From NCBI GenBank assembly GCA_031423615.1, contig JANPFV010000104.1, positions 32,170-96,169 on the forward strand: DNA of 64,000 nt, in the 5' to 3' direction. Below the pieces are notes generated by a model, which made no database searches, was not told where the DNA came from, and worked only from the letters and a program-made list of their open reading frames with translations. The position numbers were made by a program, and so were the translations under genes. Positions 46,684 to 57,059 of this stretch are shown here, piece by piece; position 1 is the stretch's first letter, and the number at the start of each line of letters is the position of its first letter. The stretch comes from Candidatus Omnitrophota bacterium. GTDB taxonomy: Bacteria; Omnitrophota; Gorgyraeia; Zapsychrales; JANLHA01.

Positions 46684-48783
46684 ATGAGGGTTTTGCAAAT
46701 ATTGCCGGAATTGCGTGTCGGCGGAGTGGAAACGGGCACGGTCGATTTTGCCAAATATCTGCGGGAAAATGGCCATCACGCTGTTGTTGTTTCTCATGGC
46801 GGACCTCTCGTGCAGGAACTGGCCGTAGCCGGTGTTACTCATTACGCCTTGCCAGTGCATAAAAAAAATATTTTTATCATTTTAAATTGTATCAAATCTT
46901 TGCGCGACATTATTTTGACGGAAAAAATTGACATTGTTCATGCCCGTTCGCGCGTGCCGGCGTGGATTGCTTTTTTTGCTTGCCGCAAAACACCCGCCGA
47001 ATTTATAACGACATGCCATGGCTATTATTCTAAGCATATGTTTAGCAAAATCATGGGTTGGAGCAAATTGATCATCGTCCCCAGCCAGGTTATTGGTCGG
47101 CACATGGTCGACGACTTTAAAGTGGCGGCAGAAAATGTCCGTTGTATCCCGCGCAGTGTGGACTTGCAGAGATTTGCTCCGGCTTTGCGGGGACGCTCCC
47201 CTTCACAAGCCAACCCCGTGATTTCAATTGTGGGACGGATCACGCCCTTAAAGGGCCACGTGCATTTTTTAAGGGCCATGGCCACGGTGGTCAGAAAAAT
47301 GCCTCAGGTGAAGATTTGGATTATCGGGGATGCGCCGGTGGGCAAGGAAGCGTACCGCGAAGAATTGCAGGTCTTGGTCCGCAGGCTGGGCCTTTCCGAC
47401 TCTGTCGATTTTTTGGGCACGCGGCAAGATGTCCCGCAGCTTTTAGCTAAAACGGACCTACTCGTTTTGTCGACCATTGTGCCGGAAGCTTTCGGACGCG
47501 TCATTCTGGAGGCGCAGGCGGTAGGGGTTCCGGTTGTCGCTACATCCGTCGGGGGAGTTGTTGAAATTATCGACCAAGAAAAGACCGGCCTTTTGGTCAT
47601 GCCCAAAGACAGTGACGCGATGGCCGAGGCCTGCCTAAGGATTTTGTCCGACAAAAAACTGGCCCAACAAATCATTGTCGGCGCCCGGCAAAAATTAGAA
47701 ACCCAATTTACCTTGCGTCACATGGCAGAAAGCACAATCAAGGTTTATGAAGAACTTTTGCGGTCTTTGCGGATTTTGGTGATCAAGATCAGTTCGGTGG
47801 GAGATGTGATTTTGATCACCGCGTCCTTAAAGGCGCTGCGCCAAAAATTTCCCCAGGCACGGATTTGTGTGTTAGTCGGTGAAGCGTCCCGCAAGATTTT
47901 GAGCCGTTGTCCTTATGTAGATGAATTGATCGTCGTGGATTTTAAAAAACGCGACCGGGGAATTAAAGGGCTTTGGCAGTTGGGACGGAAACTGTCCCAT
48001 TATAAGTTTGATAAAGTTATTGATTTGCAAAATAATAATCGCAGTCATTGGCTTTCTTTCCTAAGTTTTCCCAAGGAAAGTTATGGTTTTAAGCGCGGGC
48101 GTTTTGGTTTTCTTTTGACCCATCCCGTTAAGCAGATCAATCCTAACCTTCCTCCTGTTGAGCACCAGTACCAAATTCTCAATCTTTTAGGATTGAATTA
48201 TAACAGCGAGAACCTTCTTGAATTATGGCCCTCAGCAAAGGAATCAGAAAGTGCTTTACGTCTTTTGGAATCGGAGTGGGTCGGGGCCAAGACAAATGTC
48301 GTTGGCGTTAACATCGCCGCATCACAACGCTGGCCAACCAAAAATTGGCCCGTTGAATATATAGCGCGGCTTTGTGATATTCTCGCGGCAAAAAATATCC
48401 GTGTTCTCGTGACCGGTATGGAAAAAGACCGGAACATGGCTAAACAACTTTCGTTGCTCACGAAAACAAAGCCAGCTATACTGATAGGTAAAACCGAATT
48501 GATGGAACTCGCGGCCGTAATCAAGCATTGCAAGGTTTTTATTTCGCCCGATTCTGCACCACTTCATATTGCGGCGGCCATGAATGTTCCCCTCATAGCG
48601 CTCTTCGGTCCGACGTCGTCTCAGAGGCATAGGCCTCCGGCCAAGACGGCGGTGATCATGGAAAAGAAACCACCGTGCGCTCCCTGCTACAGCACGCAAT
48701 GTAAGGTGAAGACCCATCTTTGTATGCGCGATATTACTCCCGAGGAAATTGCCGAGCGCGTTTATCAGCTGATAAATCTATGA
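46684..48783 (+). CDS. GT4 glycosyltransferase fused to GT9 heptosyltransferase
   Basis: GGVETG, HARSR, GRIT..KG, EAFGRVILEA; then KISSVGDV, KNWP, DSAPLHIAAA, FGPT. Confidence 0.88.
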   Translation: MRVLQILPELRVGGVETGTVDFAKYLRENGHHAVVVSHGGPLVQELAVAGVTHYALPVHKKNIFIILNCIKSLRDIILTEKIDIVHARSRVPAWIAFFACRKTPAEFITTCHGYYSKHMFSKIMGWSKLIIVPSQVIGRHMVDDFKVAAENVRCIPRSVDLQRFAPALRGRSPSQANPVISIVGRITPLKGHVHFLRAMATVVRKMPQVKIWIIGDAPVGKEAYREELQVLVRRLGLSDSVDFLGTRQDVPQLLAKTDLLVLSTIVPEAFGRVILEAQAVGVPVVATSVGGVVEIIDQEKTGLLVMPKDSDAMAEACLRILSDKKLAQQIIVGARQKLETQFTLRHMAESTIKVYEELLRSLRILVIKISSVGDVILITASLKALRQKFPQARICVLVGEASRKILSRCPYVDELIVVDFKKRDRGIKGLWQLGRKLSHYKFDKVIDLQNNNRSHWLSFLSFPKESYGFKRGRFGFLLTHPVKQINPNLPPVEHQYQILNLLGLNYNSENLLELWPSAKESESALRLLESEWVGAKTNVVGVNIAASQRWPTKNWPVEYIARLCDILAAKNIRVLVTGMEKDRNMAKQLSLLTKTKPAILIGKTELMELAAVIKHCKVFISPDSAPLHIAAAMNVPLIALFGPTSSQRHRPPAKTAVIMEKKPPCAPCYSTQCKVKTHLCMRDITPEEIAERVYQLINL

Positions 48784-49880
48784 AAATACTTCTTCTTTCC
48801 ACTCATCTGAATGTCGGCGGGATCACCACCTATCTTTTTGCGCTTTCCCGTCAATATCTTGACAAAGGGCATGATGTTTTTTTAGGTACGGCCGGCGGGG
48901 CCAGGGCCGAAGAATTTTCGAAATTAGGAGTACATCTTATTGATGCGCCGGTTGGGACCAAGGTGGAAGTTCACCCCCAGATTTATAAAGCTGTGCCCCG
49001 CTTGCTGAAAGTGATCCGCAAAGAGCAAATCGATATTATCCATTCCCATACAAGGGTGACGCAATTTTTAGGGCAAGTGTTGAGTTTCTTTTCTGGTGTG
49101 CCCTATGTTGCTACATCTCACGGATTTTATAAAACGCATTGGTTCCGCCGGACTTTTCCCTGTTGGGGGCGTGCGGTCATCGCGATCAGTCAGCCGGTGA
49201 AGGACCATTTGATCAATGATTTCAAAGTGCCTGCCGACCGGGTTTTTCTGGTACCCAACGGTATAGACTTACAATCTTTTCAACAGGTTGATCAGCTCGC
49301 CAAAGAACGAGCCCGGAAAAAATTTAATATTACGCAAACCCCGGTTATTGGAATGGTTTCGCGTTTAGCGGATGTGAAAGGTCACAGTGTATTGATTGAT
49401 GCTATGCCGAACATCATCAAATCTTTTCCAAAAGCCTTGCTGTTTCTCGCCGGAGAAGGGAAGATTAAAGACCAACTTAAGGCGCAGGTGAAACATATGG
49501 GTCTTGAGAATAATGTGACCTTTGCGGCGGTCTTTAATTCCAGCGGTTCTGTTCTTATGCTTTTTGATGTGTTTGTGATGCCGTCTCTAGATGAAGGGTT
49601 TGGTCTCTCGGGGATGGAAGCGCAATTGTGTGGTTTGCCTATCGTGGCTTCCAATGTCGGCGGTATTCCTTTCTTTGTGTTTCATGAAGAAACCGGCCTC
49701 TTGGTCCCGCCTAAGGATCCACAGGCCTTAGCGCAAGCTATCCTCCGATTTTTAAAAGATCCGCAATTTTCTGAAAGGATTGGACAACAGGCGCGCAAAT
49801 TTATTCAGGAAAATTTTTCTTCTGAAATCATGGCCAGAAAAACTTTACAGATGTACGAAAAGGTTTTAGCCGGGAAATGA
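48780..49880 (+). CDS. GT4-family glycosyltransferase
   Basis: GGITTY, HSHTR, NGID, SRL..VKG, EGFGLSGMEA. Confidence 0.9.
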   Translation: MKILLLSTHLNVGGITTYLFALSRQYLDKGHDVFLGTAGGARAEEFSKLGVHLIDAPVGTKVEVHPQIYKAVPRLLKVIRKEQIDIIHSHTRVTQFLGQVLSFFSGVPYVATSHGFYKTHWFRRTFPCWGRAVIAISQPVKDHLINDFKVPADRVFLVPNGIDLQSFQQVDQLAKERARKKFNITQTPVIGMVSRLADVKGHSVLIDAMPNIIKSFPKALLFLAGEGKIKDQLKAQVKHMGLENNVTFAAVFNSSGSVLMLFDVFVMPSLDEGFGLSGMEAQLCGLPIVASNVGGIPFFVFHEETGLLVPPKDPQALAQAILRFLKDPQFSERIGQQARKFIQENFSSEIMARKTLQMYEKVLAGK

Positions 49881-50908
49881 GCATCCCTTCACAAGATTTA
49901 AAGCGTATTCTCGTCGTCAATGTGAATTGGCTGGGGGATGTTATTTTTTCTATTCCCGTCTTTAAGGCGCTACGTCAATATTATCCTGCGGCCCGCATCA
50001 GTTGCTTTGCGGTCCCGCGGGTCGTCGAGATTTTGCAGTGTGTCCCGCAGATTGATGACATTATTGTTTATGATGAAAAAGGGAAGGACCGCGGCTTCTT
50101 GGCTAAAATGATTATGGTTCACCACATCCGACAACAAAAATTCGACGCGGTTTTTTTATTGCATGGCTCTGGTTCGCGGGCGTGGTTAATGGTGTTGGCC
50201 GGGATTCCGGTCCGGGTGGGATACGCCAGCAAGAAAATGAAATTTTTAACGCATGCGATTGAACCGCTCAGCGATGACATTCACAAAGCGGATGTTTATT
50301 CAAATCTGATTGCCGCATATGGTTTGCCAGTTGCGGACAAAACTTCTTCTTTGTGTGTCCCGCAAGAAGCTCGGGAACAAACCGACAAAATTCTTGGCGC
50401 CGCCGGGATTCTTTTAAACGAGCCTTTTATTGTTGTCCATACCAGCGGCAATTGGGATTTGAAACGCTGGCCGCCGGAGAATTGGGCGCAATTGATTCGT
50501 ACGGTGGTGAGAAATCTTAAGATGAAAGTGGTTATTTCCGAAGGTCCGAAAGAAATCGGCTGGGCCCATGACATTGCGGTAAAATCCGGAGTCAATCCCG
50601 TTGTCTTGGCCGGCCAAACCAATTTGCTTCAACTCTTGGCGTTGTTAGAAAAAGCCGTGATAGTCATCAGCGCGGATTCCGGACCATTACATATGGCCAG
50701 TTGTGTCAGCCAAAATATTTTGGGGCTTTACGGACCGACAATGCCGGCTACAACCGGTCCGCGCGGGAAGGCCAAGGCATTAATTTTGCATAAAGACGTC
50801 TCTTGCAACCGCGCGTCTTGTTATTTTCTTCAATGTCCTAACAATGTGTGCATGAAAGCCATCACCGTTGAGGAAGTCGTTGAAAGCTTAAGGCCCTATG
50901 TTCGATAA
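49877..50908 (+). CDS. waaF: LPS heptosyltransferase II-like (GT9)
   Basis: NWLGDV, KRWP, DSGPLHMA, YGPT, C-terminal Cys cluster. Confidence 0.8.
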   Translation: MSIPSQDLKRILVVNVNWLGDVIFSIPVFKALRQYYPAARISCFAVPRVVEILQCVPQIDDIIVYDEKGKDRGFLAKMIMVHHIRQQKFDAVFLLHGSGSRAWLMVLAGIPVRVGYASKKMKFLTHAIEPLSDDIHKADVYSNLIAAYGLPVADKTSSLCVPQEAREQTDKILGAAGILLNEPFIVVHTSGNWDLKRWPPENWAQLIRTVVRNLKMKVVISEGPKEIGWAHDIAVKSGVNPVVLAGQTNLLQLLALLEKAVIVISADSGPLHMASCVSQNILGLYGPTMPATTGPRGKAKALILHKDVSCNRASCYFLQCPNNVCMKAITVEEVVESLRPYVR

Positions 50909-51869
50909 AAGCAAAATAAAAAAGATCCTCGTTGTTTCTCTGAGTAATATCGGCGATGTGATTTTGACTTTTCCGGTCATTGATATTTTAATGCGTGATT
51001 TCCCCGACACACAAATCGATGTGGTTGTCGGTCCCAAAGCTGAAAATTTAATTAAGGGACATCCTGGTTTGAGAAAAGTTTCTCTTTACCGCCGTGAACA
51101 GTCTCCTGTCGATACCTTGAAATGGTTGCAGGAGATGAAGACTCAACACTATGATCTGGCGGTAGATTTACGAAATTCCGCCATTCCTTTTTTGGTTTTC
51201 GCGAAACATAAAACGCCACTTATGATAGCGCGGCCCAAAGGCCATATGCGTCAGCAGCATTTATCGCGGTTAAAATTGGTATACGATTACTCCTCGGAGT
51301 CCCGCCCTAAAGAGGCCTTTTTTATTTCAGAGAATGACAAAAATGTTGTGGGAAAACTTTTAAATGCGATAGGAAGTTTTGTCGTTATCGCTCCGGGGTC
51401 GCGGGCTGAAAACAAGCGCTGGCGCGAAGATGGTTTTGCCAAGCTCGCTGACTATCTGGGGGATCAGTACAACGTAAAGATTGTGTTTGTGGGGGATGAA
51501 AACGATATTGAAGTTGTGGCCCGCATCAAGAGTTTAATGAAAAATCATTCTTTGGATTTGACCAACCAGTTGACGCTTGCACAATTGGGAGGGGTGTTAA
51601 CATTGTCCCGTCTGGCGGTGGTCAATGACAGTGCGCCCATGCATTTGGCGAGTTATCTGGATGTTCCCGTGGCTGCATTTTTCGGTCCCACCGATCCCAA
51701 GAAATATGGGCCGTGGGGTAAAGAAAATATTGTCATTCAAAAAAATGGCGATTGCGCGGCTTGCCACGGTAAAAAGAATTATCTTCATGACTGCATGCAG
51801 GCCATTGGTTTTGAAGATGCGTTTTCTATTTTAGAGTCGTGGCTTAAAGGGACTTTAAATGGGAAATAA
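50898..51869 (+). CDS. GT9-family heptosyltransferase
   Basis: LSNIGDV, APGS...KRW, NDSAPMHLA, FGPT. Confidence 0.87.
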   Translation: MFDKSKIKKILVVSLSNIGDVILTFPVIDILMRDFPDTQIDVVVGPKAENLIKGHPGLRKVSLYRREQSPVDTLKWLQEMKTQHYDLAVDLRNSAIPFLVFAKHKTPLMIARPKGHMRQQHLSRLKLVYDYSSESRPKEAFFISENDKNVVGKLLNAIGSFVVIAPGSRAENKRWREDGFAKLADYLGDQYNVKIVFVGDENDIEVVARIKSLMKNHSLDLTNQLTLAQLGGVLTLSRLAVVNDSAPMHLASYLDVPVAAFFGPTDPKKYGPWGKENIVIQKNGDCAACHGKKNYLHDCMQAIGFEDAFSILESWLKGTLNGK

Positions 51870-52902
51870 AAAAATGAACATTCTTGTCGTGCGGACCGAC
51901 CGGATCGGGGATGTGGTTTTGACCACCGCCGCCGTGCGCGCCTTGCGTAAAAATTATCCCGACAGCCGCATTGCCATATTGGTCGCTCCCGGAACGCAGG
52001 ATTTGGTGGAGGGTAATCCCGACATTGACGAAGTCATTGTCCATGACCGTAGGATCCAGTGGAGCTTGTTTAAGCAGGCGATGAATTTGCGCCAGCATAA
52101 ATTTGACTGGGCGATCATTTTTCATACCAAGAAGTGGACGAATCTTTTGTGTTTTTTCGCGGGCATTCCCCGTCGAACCGGTTATTGCAATGAAAAGCTG
52201 GGATTTCTTTTGACGGAGCGTGTTCCCGATGATCGCGCAGCCGGAATCAAGCATGAAGCGCAATACTGTTTAGACATTCTCAATTATGTGGGTGTGCCCG
52301 CGCCCTTGTCGGAAATGCAATGTGTCATTCCTATAAATGCTCAATCGGACGCATGGGCGCAGAAGTGGTTTGCGGATCATAATGTCAACCCCAAGGAATT
52401 CATTATTGTCAATCCTTCGGCCAGCGATCCGGGACGGCAATGGCCGGCGGAACGTTTTGCTAAGATTATTGAAATTCTTCAATCCAAAAATATCGGTCCA
52501 ATTGCGGTCATCGGTACAAAAAAAGATGTGGCCGCGGAAAAAGTCCTCTCCTTAGTCAAGTCAACCGATACGATCCGGGTTCTTGACTTACGAGGGCAGA
52601 CGACTATGACGCAGCTCATTGCCCTTCTGCGCCAATGCCGGATGCTTATTTCCAACGATACCGGTCCGGTCCATATTGCCGCCGCTCTGAAAAAACCCGT
52701 GGTCTCGATCTTTACCCGCGATGAACCAGGTATAAACCCCGAAAGATGGCGGCCATTGGGTTCAACGGTCAAGGTTGTTATAACTCCTGTTAAGGGAATG
52801 ATTTCCAATTATAAAGCAAAGGCCATCGATTATAGTTATTTGAACGCCATTCCCGTTGAGAGTGTCTGGGAAGCTGTTGACGCCCTCTTGAAACTGTGTT
52901 AA
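51859..52902 (+). CDS. GT9-family heptosyltransferase
   Basis: RTDRIGDV, RQWP, NDTGPVHIAAA, RWRP. Confidence 0.87.
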   Translation: MGNKKMNILVVRTDRIGDVVLTTAAVRALRKNYPDSRIAILVAPGTQDLVEGNPDIDEVIVHDRRIQWSLFKQAMNLRQHKFDWAIIFHTKKWTNLLCFFAGIPRRTGYCNEKLGFLLTERVPDDRAAGIKHEAQYCLDILNYVGVPAPLSEMQCVIPINAQSDAWAQKWFADHNVNPKEFIIVNPSASDPGRQWPAERFAKIIEILQSKNIGPIAVIGTKKDVAAEKVLSLVKSTDTIRVLDLRGQTTMTQLIALLRQCRMLISNDTGPVHIAAALKKPVVSIFTRDEPGINPERWRPLGSTVKVVITPVKGMISNYKAKAIDYSYLNAIPVESVWEAVDALLKLC

Positions 52903-52944
52903 AATCCACACTTCATTTTAGATCAATCAATCTTCTCTATTATT

Positions 52945-53982
52945 ATGACTGCATACAAACAGTTAATATCCAATTTTAAGCGGAAAAGGATTTTGGTCGT
53001 GGGAGATGTTATTCTTGACCAGCATATCCGCGGGACAGTTAGCCGGATTTCTCCCGAAGCGCCGGTGCCCATTGTTCTGCAAAATGGGGAAACGACATTC
53101 AGTCCGGGCGGGGCCGCCAATGTGGCCAGCAATCTTCGCAGTTTGGGAGCCCGTGTCACCTTGGTGGGACGTATCGGGAAAGACAGCGATGGAAAACTTT
53201 TTCTTCAGTGTCTCAAAAAGGGCGGTATTTCCACCAAAGGAATTTTTCAAGATTCGCAGATTCCGACGATTGTCAAAACACGAATTGTTGTCCAGCATCA
53301 GCAGGTTTTGCGTTTAGACCGCGAAAAGGTCGAAAATAGTTTGAATGAAAGATTTTTAGCCAGGATAAAAAAATTTTTGCAAAAGTCTATTGCCGCTTAT
53401 GACGCCGTTATTTTGTCGGATTATGGGAAAGGTTTGTTGTGTAAAGAACTTTTGGAATTTATTTTTAATCTGGCGCGCGAGCACGATAAAATCTTGACCG
53501 TCGACCCTAAGGTAGAACATTTTTCCTATTATCAGGGGGCGACGTCGATTACGCCGAATCGCAAAGAAGCAGAAAATGCCATCCGCAATATCAAGATTAC
53601 CCACTCCCTAAGTCATCGTTTGGGCTTAAACAGTGACCGATTAGACACTTTAGCCGACGTGGAACGCGCCGGAGAGCAGCTCCTTAAATTTCTTAAACTT
53701 CAATCGCTTTTGATCACTTTAGGCGAGCAGGGAATGTGCATTTTTGAAAAGGGTAAGAAGTCGATCCAGATTTCGACGCGGGCGCGGGAAGTTTTTGATG
53801 TCACCGGCGCCGGGGACACGGTCATTGCGGTCTTTACTCTCGCTTTGAGTACGGGCGCGACCAAGTTTCAGGCCGCGGATCTGGCCAACTACGCGGCTGG
53901 CATTGTCGTCGGGAAAATGGGGGCGGTCGCGGTCAGCCGTAAAGAATTGTTGGATGCTATAAAACATCATGGGACAAAATAA
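52945..53982 (+). CDS. rfaE1: D-glycero-beta-D-manno-heptose-7-phosphate kinase (HldE kinase domain only)
   Basis: RISPEAPVP, GGAANVA, SDYGKG, TPNRKE, DVTGAGDTV. Confidence 0.94.
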   Translation: MTAYKQLISNFKRKRILVVGDVILDQHIRGTVSRISPEAPVPIVLQNGETTFSPGGAANVASNLRSLGARVTLVGRIGKDSDGKLFLQCLKKGGISTKGIFQDSQIPTIVKTRIVVQHQQVLRLDREKVENSLNERFLARIKKFLQKSIAAYDAVILSDYGKGLLCKELLEFIFNLAREHDKILTVDPKVEHFSYYQGATSITPNRKEAENAIRNIKITHSLSHRLGLNSDRLDTLADVERAGEQLLKFLKLQSLLITLGEQGMCIFEKGKKSIQISTRAREVFDVTGAGDTVIAVFTLALSTGATKFQAADLANYAAGIVVGKMGAVAVSRKELLDAIKHHGTK

Positions 53983-53985
53983 TTC

Positions 53986-54720
53986 ATGAAGGCCATGGGT
54001 GTCATCCCGGCACGTTGGGCTTCGACCCGTTTCGAAGGGAAAATGCTCGCCGTTTTAAATGGACGTCCCTTGATTGAACACGTTTGGCGGCAGGCCAAAC
54101 GGTGCCATGTTCTTGAAGATATTCTCATTGCCTGCGACGACGACCGGATTTTAAAAACGGCCCGGAGTTTTGGTGCCAACGCCGTGAGGACAGCTTCCGA
54201 TCATGAGTCGGGAACGGATCGCATTGCCGAAGCAGTGACAAGAATTTCTACGGATGTGGTGATAAATATTCAAGGTGATGAACCCTTGATCGATCCGTCC
54301 GTGATCGACCGCTTGGCCAAAGTATTGCTCGCTGACCCAGCGCTTCCCATGGCGACGGTGATCAAACGGATCACAAAGGAAGACGATCTTGAAAATCCTA
54401 ATGTCGTCAAAGTGGTGATTGATCTTCAGCAGAACGCTCTGTATTTTTCTCGCTCGCCGATGCCCTTTCAGCGAGAGAAGAAGCCGTTTCAAGACAGTAT
54501 TTATTATAAGCACTTGGGTCTCTATGGTTATCATAAAGATTTTTTGTTAGGGTTTAAAACATTGCCTTATTCCGCATTGGAAGCAACAGAAAAATTAGAG
54601 CAGCTTCGCGTTTTGGATGCGGGTTATAAAATTAAAACGATTGAAACCGATCATGACAGCATCGGCGTTGACACCCCGGAAGATCTTCAGCGCGTCGCAG
54701 GGATGATGAAAGGCAAATAG
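53986..54720 (+). CDS. kdsB: CMP-Kdo synthetase
   Basis: IPARWASTRF.GK, SGTDRI, NIQGDEP, ALYFSRS, EKLEQLR, GVDTPED. Confidence 0.97.
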   Translation: MKAMGVIPARWASTRFEGKMLAVLNGRPLIEHVWRQAKRCHVLEDILIACDDDRILKTARSFGANAVRTASDHESGTDRIAEAVTRISTDVVINIQGDEPLIDPSVIDRLAKVLLADPALPMATVIKRITKEDDLENPNVVKVVIDLQQNALYFSRSPMPFQREKKPFQDSIYYKHLGLYGYHKDFLLGFKTLPYSALEATEKLEQLRVLDAGYKIKTIETDHDSIGVDTPEDLQRVAGMMKGK

Positions 54721-55548
54721 ATGGTCAAGAAAATCAAATTGGGAAAAATTATTTTCGGCGGGAGCAATCCCTTTGTTCTTATCGCGGGACCGTGCGTTAT
54801 TGAAAGCAAGGATATTGTTTTTAAGATTGCCGAAAAATTGCTCAAGATGACGCGTCAACTGGATATTCCTTTTGTTTTTAAGGCCAGCTATGACAAAGCC
54901 AATCGTACGTCGATGGGGTCTTTCCGCGGCCCGGGTCTGTCCGCGGGTTTGAAAATTTTAGCGCAAGTAAAAAAAGAATTTGGCGTGGCGGTTTTAAGCG
55001 ATGCTCACAGCGCTGAAGAAATGCCTTGTGCCGGCGAAGTTTTGGATATTATCCAGATCCCGGCGTTTCTCTGCCGGCAAACCGACATTGTTGTTGCGGC
55101 CGGAAAAACCGGTAAAATCATTAATGTTAAAAAAGGGCAATTCCTTGCTCCGTGGGATATGGCATCCGTCGTAAAAAAGCTGGAAAAAACCGGTAATGAT
55201 AAAATTCTTTTAACGGAGCGGGGAGTAAGTTTTGGTTATAATAATTTAGTCACAGATTTTCGTTCGCTGGCGATCATGCGTTCGTTAGGTTATCCCGTCG
55301 TTTTTGACGCGTCGCACAGCGTCCAGCAGCCGGGCGGATTGGGTGAAACATCGGGCGGCAAAAGCGAATTCATTCCCCTTTTGGCGCGTTGCGCTGTCGC
55401 CGCAGGATGCGATGCCATTTTTACCGAAACCCATTTGGACCCTTCGCGGGCCCTTTCCGACGGGCCCAACATGATCCCGTTAGGCCAATTGGCCAGCCTT
55501 TTAAAAAAATTAAAGGAAATAGATGCGATCGTGAAGAAATCCATTTAA
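54721..55548 (+). CDS. kdsA: Kdo 8-phosphate synthase
   Basis: AGPCVIES, KASYDKANRTS, QIPAFLCRQTD, KKGQFLAP, FDASHSVQ.PGG. Confidence 0.98.
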   Translation: MVKKIKLGKIIFGGSNPFVLIAGPCVIESKDIVFKIAEKLLKMTRQLDIPFVFKASYDKANRTSMGSFRGPGLSAGLKILAQVKKEFGVAVLSDAHSAEEMPCAGEVLDIIQIPAFLCRQTDIVVAAGKTGKIINVKKGQFLAPWDMASVVKKLEKTGNDKILLTERGVSFGYNNLVTDFRSLAIMRSLGYPVVFDASHSVQQPGGLGETSGGKSEFIPLLARCAVAAGCDAIFTETHLDPSRALSDGPNMIPLGQLASLLKKLKEIDAIVKKSI

Positions 55549-55581
55549 TGACCAACGCTTAAATACCATTTGAATATATTT

Positions 55582-56538
55582 ATGTTAAACAAAGCCAAAG
55601 AAGTTATTGAGATTGAAGCGCAGGCTGTGCGGGCCTTGGCCCAGCGCCTCGATAAGAATTTTATTAAAGCCATCGATGTGATCGTCAAGTGCCAAGGGCG
55701 GGTCATTGTGGTGGGAATGGGCAAGACCGGTCTCATCGGCCGGAAGATTGCGGCCACATTATCATCGACGGGAACGCCCAGTATTTTTATTCACAGCGCG
55801 GAAGCTGTGCATGGCGATTTGGGGCAGGTCACCCCGGCGGATGTTTTGATCATCATTTCCAACAGCGGTGAGACCGAAGAGACAAATCGTCTTTTGCCGT
55901 TATTAAAAAAGATCGGGGCGATAGCGATTGCCATGACGGGAAATCGCAAATCCAGTTTGGCAAAATTCAGCGATGTCGTTCTGGATGTTTCCGTCGAGAA
56001 AGAAGGTTGTCCTCTGGGATTGGCTCCGATGGCCTCGACGACGACGACCTTGGTCATGGGCGATGCTTTGGCGGCCTGTTTGATTGTCAAAAAGGGTTTT
56101 CGCAAAGAGGATTTTGCATTTTATCATCCGGGGGGAGCGTTAGGCCGCCGTTTGCTGCTCAAGGTCGAAGACTTGATGCGCAAGGGTGAGCATTTCCCGA
56201 AAGTGGGAAAGGAAAGAAAAGTCCAAGATGTGCTTTTGGCGATCACCAAGGCGCGCTGCGGCTCGGCGTGCATTGTCGACGCCAAAGGTCGATTGCTGGG
56301 TATTTTTACCGACGGCGATCTGCGCCGGCATTTGGAAGAAGGCTCGGATGTCTTGCAGAAAACTGTCAAAGGGGTTATGACCAAGAACCCGACAACGATT
56401 TTGCAAAGCAAACTGGCCGCGGAAGCTTTTGCTCTTTTGAAAGAAAAGAAGATCGATGAGCTTCCTGTCGTCGATGACAAAGGACGGGCCGTGGGGCTCT
56501 TGGATATTCAGGATCTTTTGAAAGCGGGGTTAATTTAA
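55582..56538 (+). CDS. kdsD: arabinose-5-phosphate isomerase (KpsF/GutQ, SIS + CBS)
   Basis: GMGKTG..G.KIAAT..STGTP, EAVHGDLG, SNSGET, HPGGALG, GIFTDGDLRR. Confidence 0.95.
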   Translation: MLNKAKEVIEIEAQAVRALAQRLDKNFIKAIDVIVKCQGRVIVVGMGKTGLIGRKIAATLSSTGTPSIFIHSAEAVHGDLGQVTPADVLIIISNSGETEETNRLLPLLKKIGAIAIAMTGNRKSSLAKFSDVVLDVSVEKEGCPLGLAPMASTTTTLVMGDALAACLIVKKGFRKEDFAFYHPGGALGRRLLLKVEDLMRKGEHFPKVGKERKVQDVLLAITKARCGSACIVDAKGRLLGIFTDGDLRRHLEEGSDVLQKTVKGVMTKNPTTILQSKLAAEAFALLKEKKIDELPVVDDKGRAVGLLDIQDLLKAGLI

Positions 56539-57059
56539 TGGATTCCATGTTGAAGGAAAGAATTAAGAAAATTAAAGTTCTGGCCCTGGATATCGATGGC
56601 GTTTTAACCGACGGCAAAATTATCGTGGACAGTCAAGGTGGGGAAATAAAGAATTTTGATGTGCAGGACGGGTTTGGCATGGTGGTGATGCGTAAGGCGG
56701 GATTTAAAATTGCGATCATCACGGCGCGCAATTCCCGGCCGGTGGATTTTCGCGCCCGGGATTTGCACGTCGACAAAGTTTATCAGGATGCTTTTCCTAA
56801 GATAGAATATTACAAGCGTATGCTAAAAGACTTGGGTGTTTCCGACGAAGACGTTTGTTATATGGGGGATGATCTTCCCGACCTGGGTGTTTTAAAACAA
56901 GTCGGTTTTGCCGTCAGTGTCCCCAATGGTGTCGAAGAAGTCAAAAGAACCGTGCACTATATCACGCATAAAGCTGGCGGCCATGGTGCGGTCAGGGAAG
57001 TCATTGAGATCATTTTAAAAACGCAGGACAAATGGGACGGGATTTTAGCGGCCTTATGA
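56538..57059 (+). CDS. kdsC: Kdo 8-phosphate phosphatase
   Basis: LDIDGVLTDG, FDVQDG, MGDDLPD, GGHGAVRE. Confidence 0.96.
   Translation: MDSMLKERIKKIKVLALDIDGVLTDGKIIVDSQGGEIKNFDVQDGFGMVVMRKAGFKIAIITARNSRPVDFRARDLHVDKVYQDAFPKIEYYKRMLKDLGVSDEDVCYMGDDLPDLGVLKQVGFAVSVPNGVEEVKRTVHYITHKAGGHGAVREVIEIILKTQDKWDGILAAL

Noticed and set aside
51750-51770. CAACH (CxxCH) heme-c motif in a GT9 protein
   Set aside because: Cytoplasmic enzyme without a signal peptide; the motif is part of the GT9 C-terminal Cys cluster shared with its paralogs.
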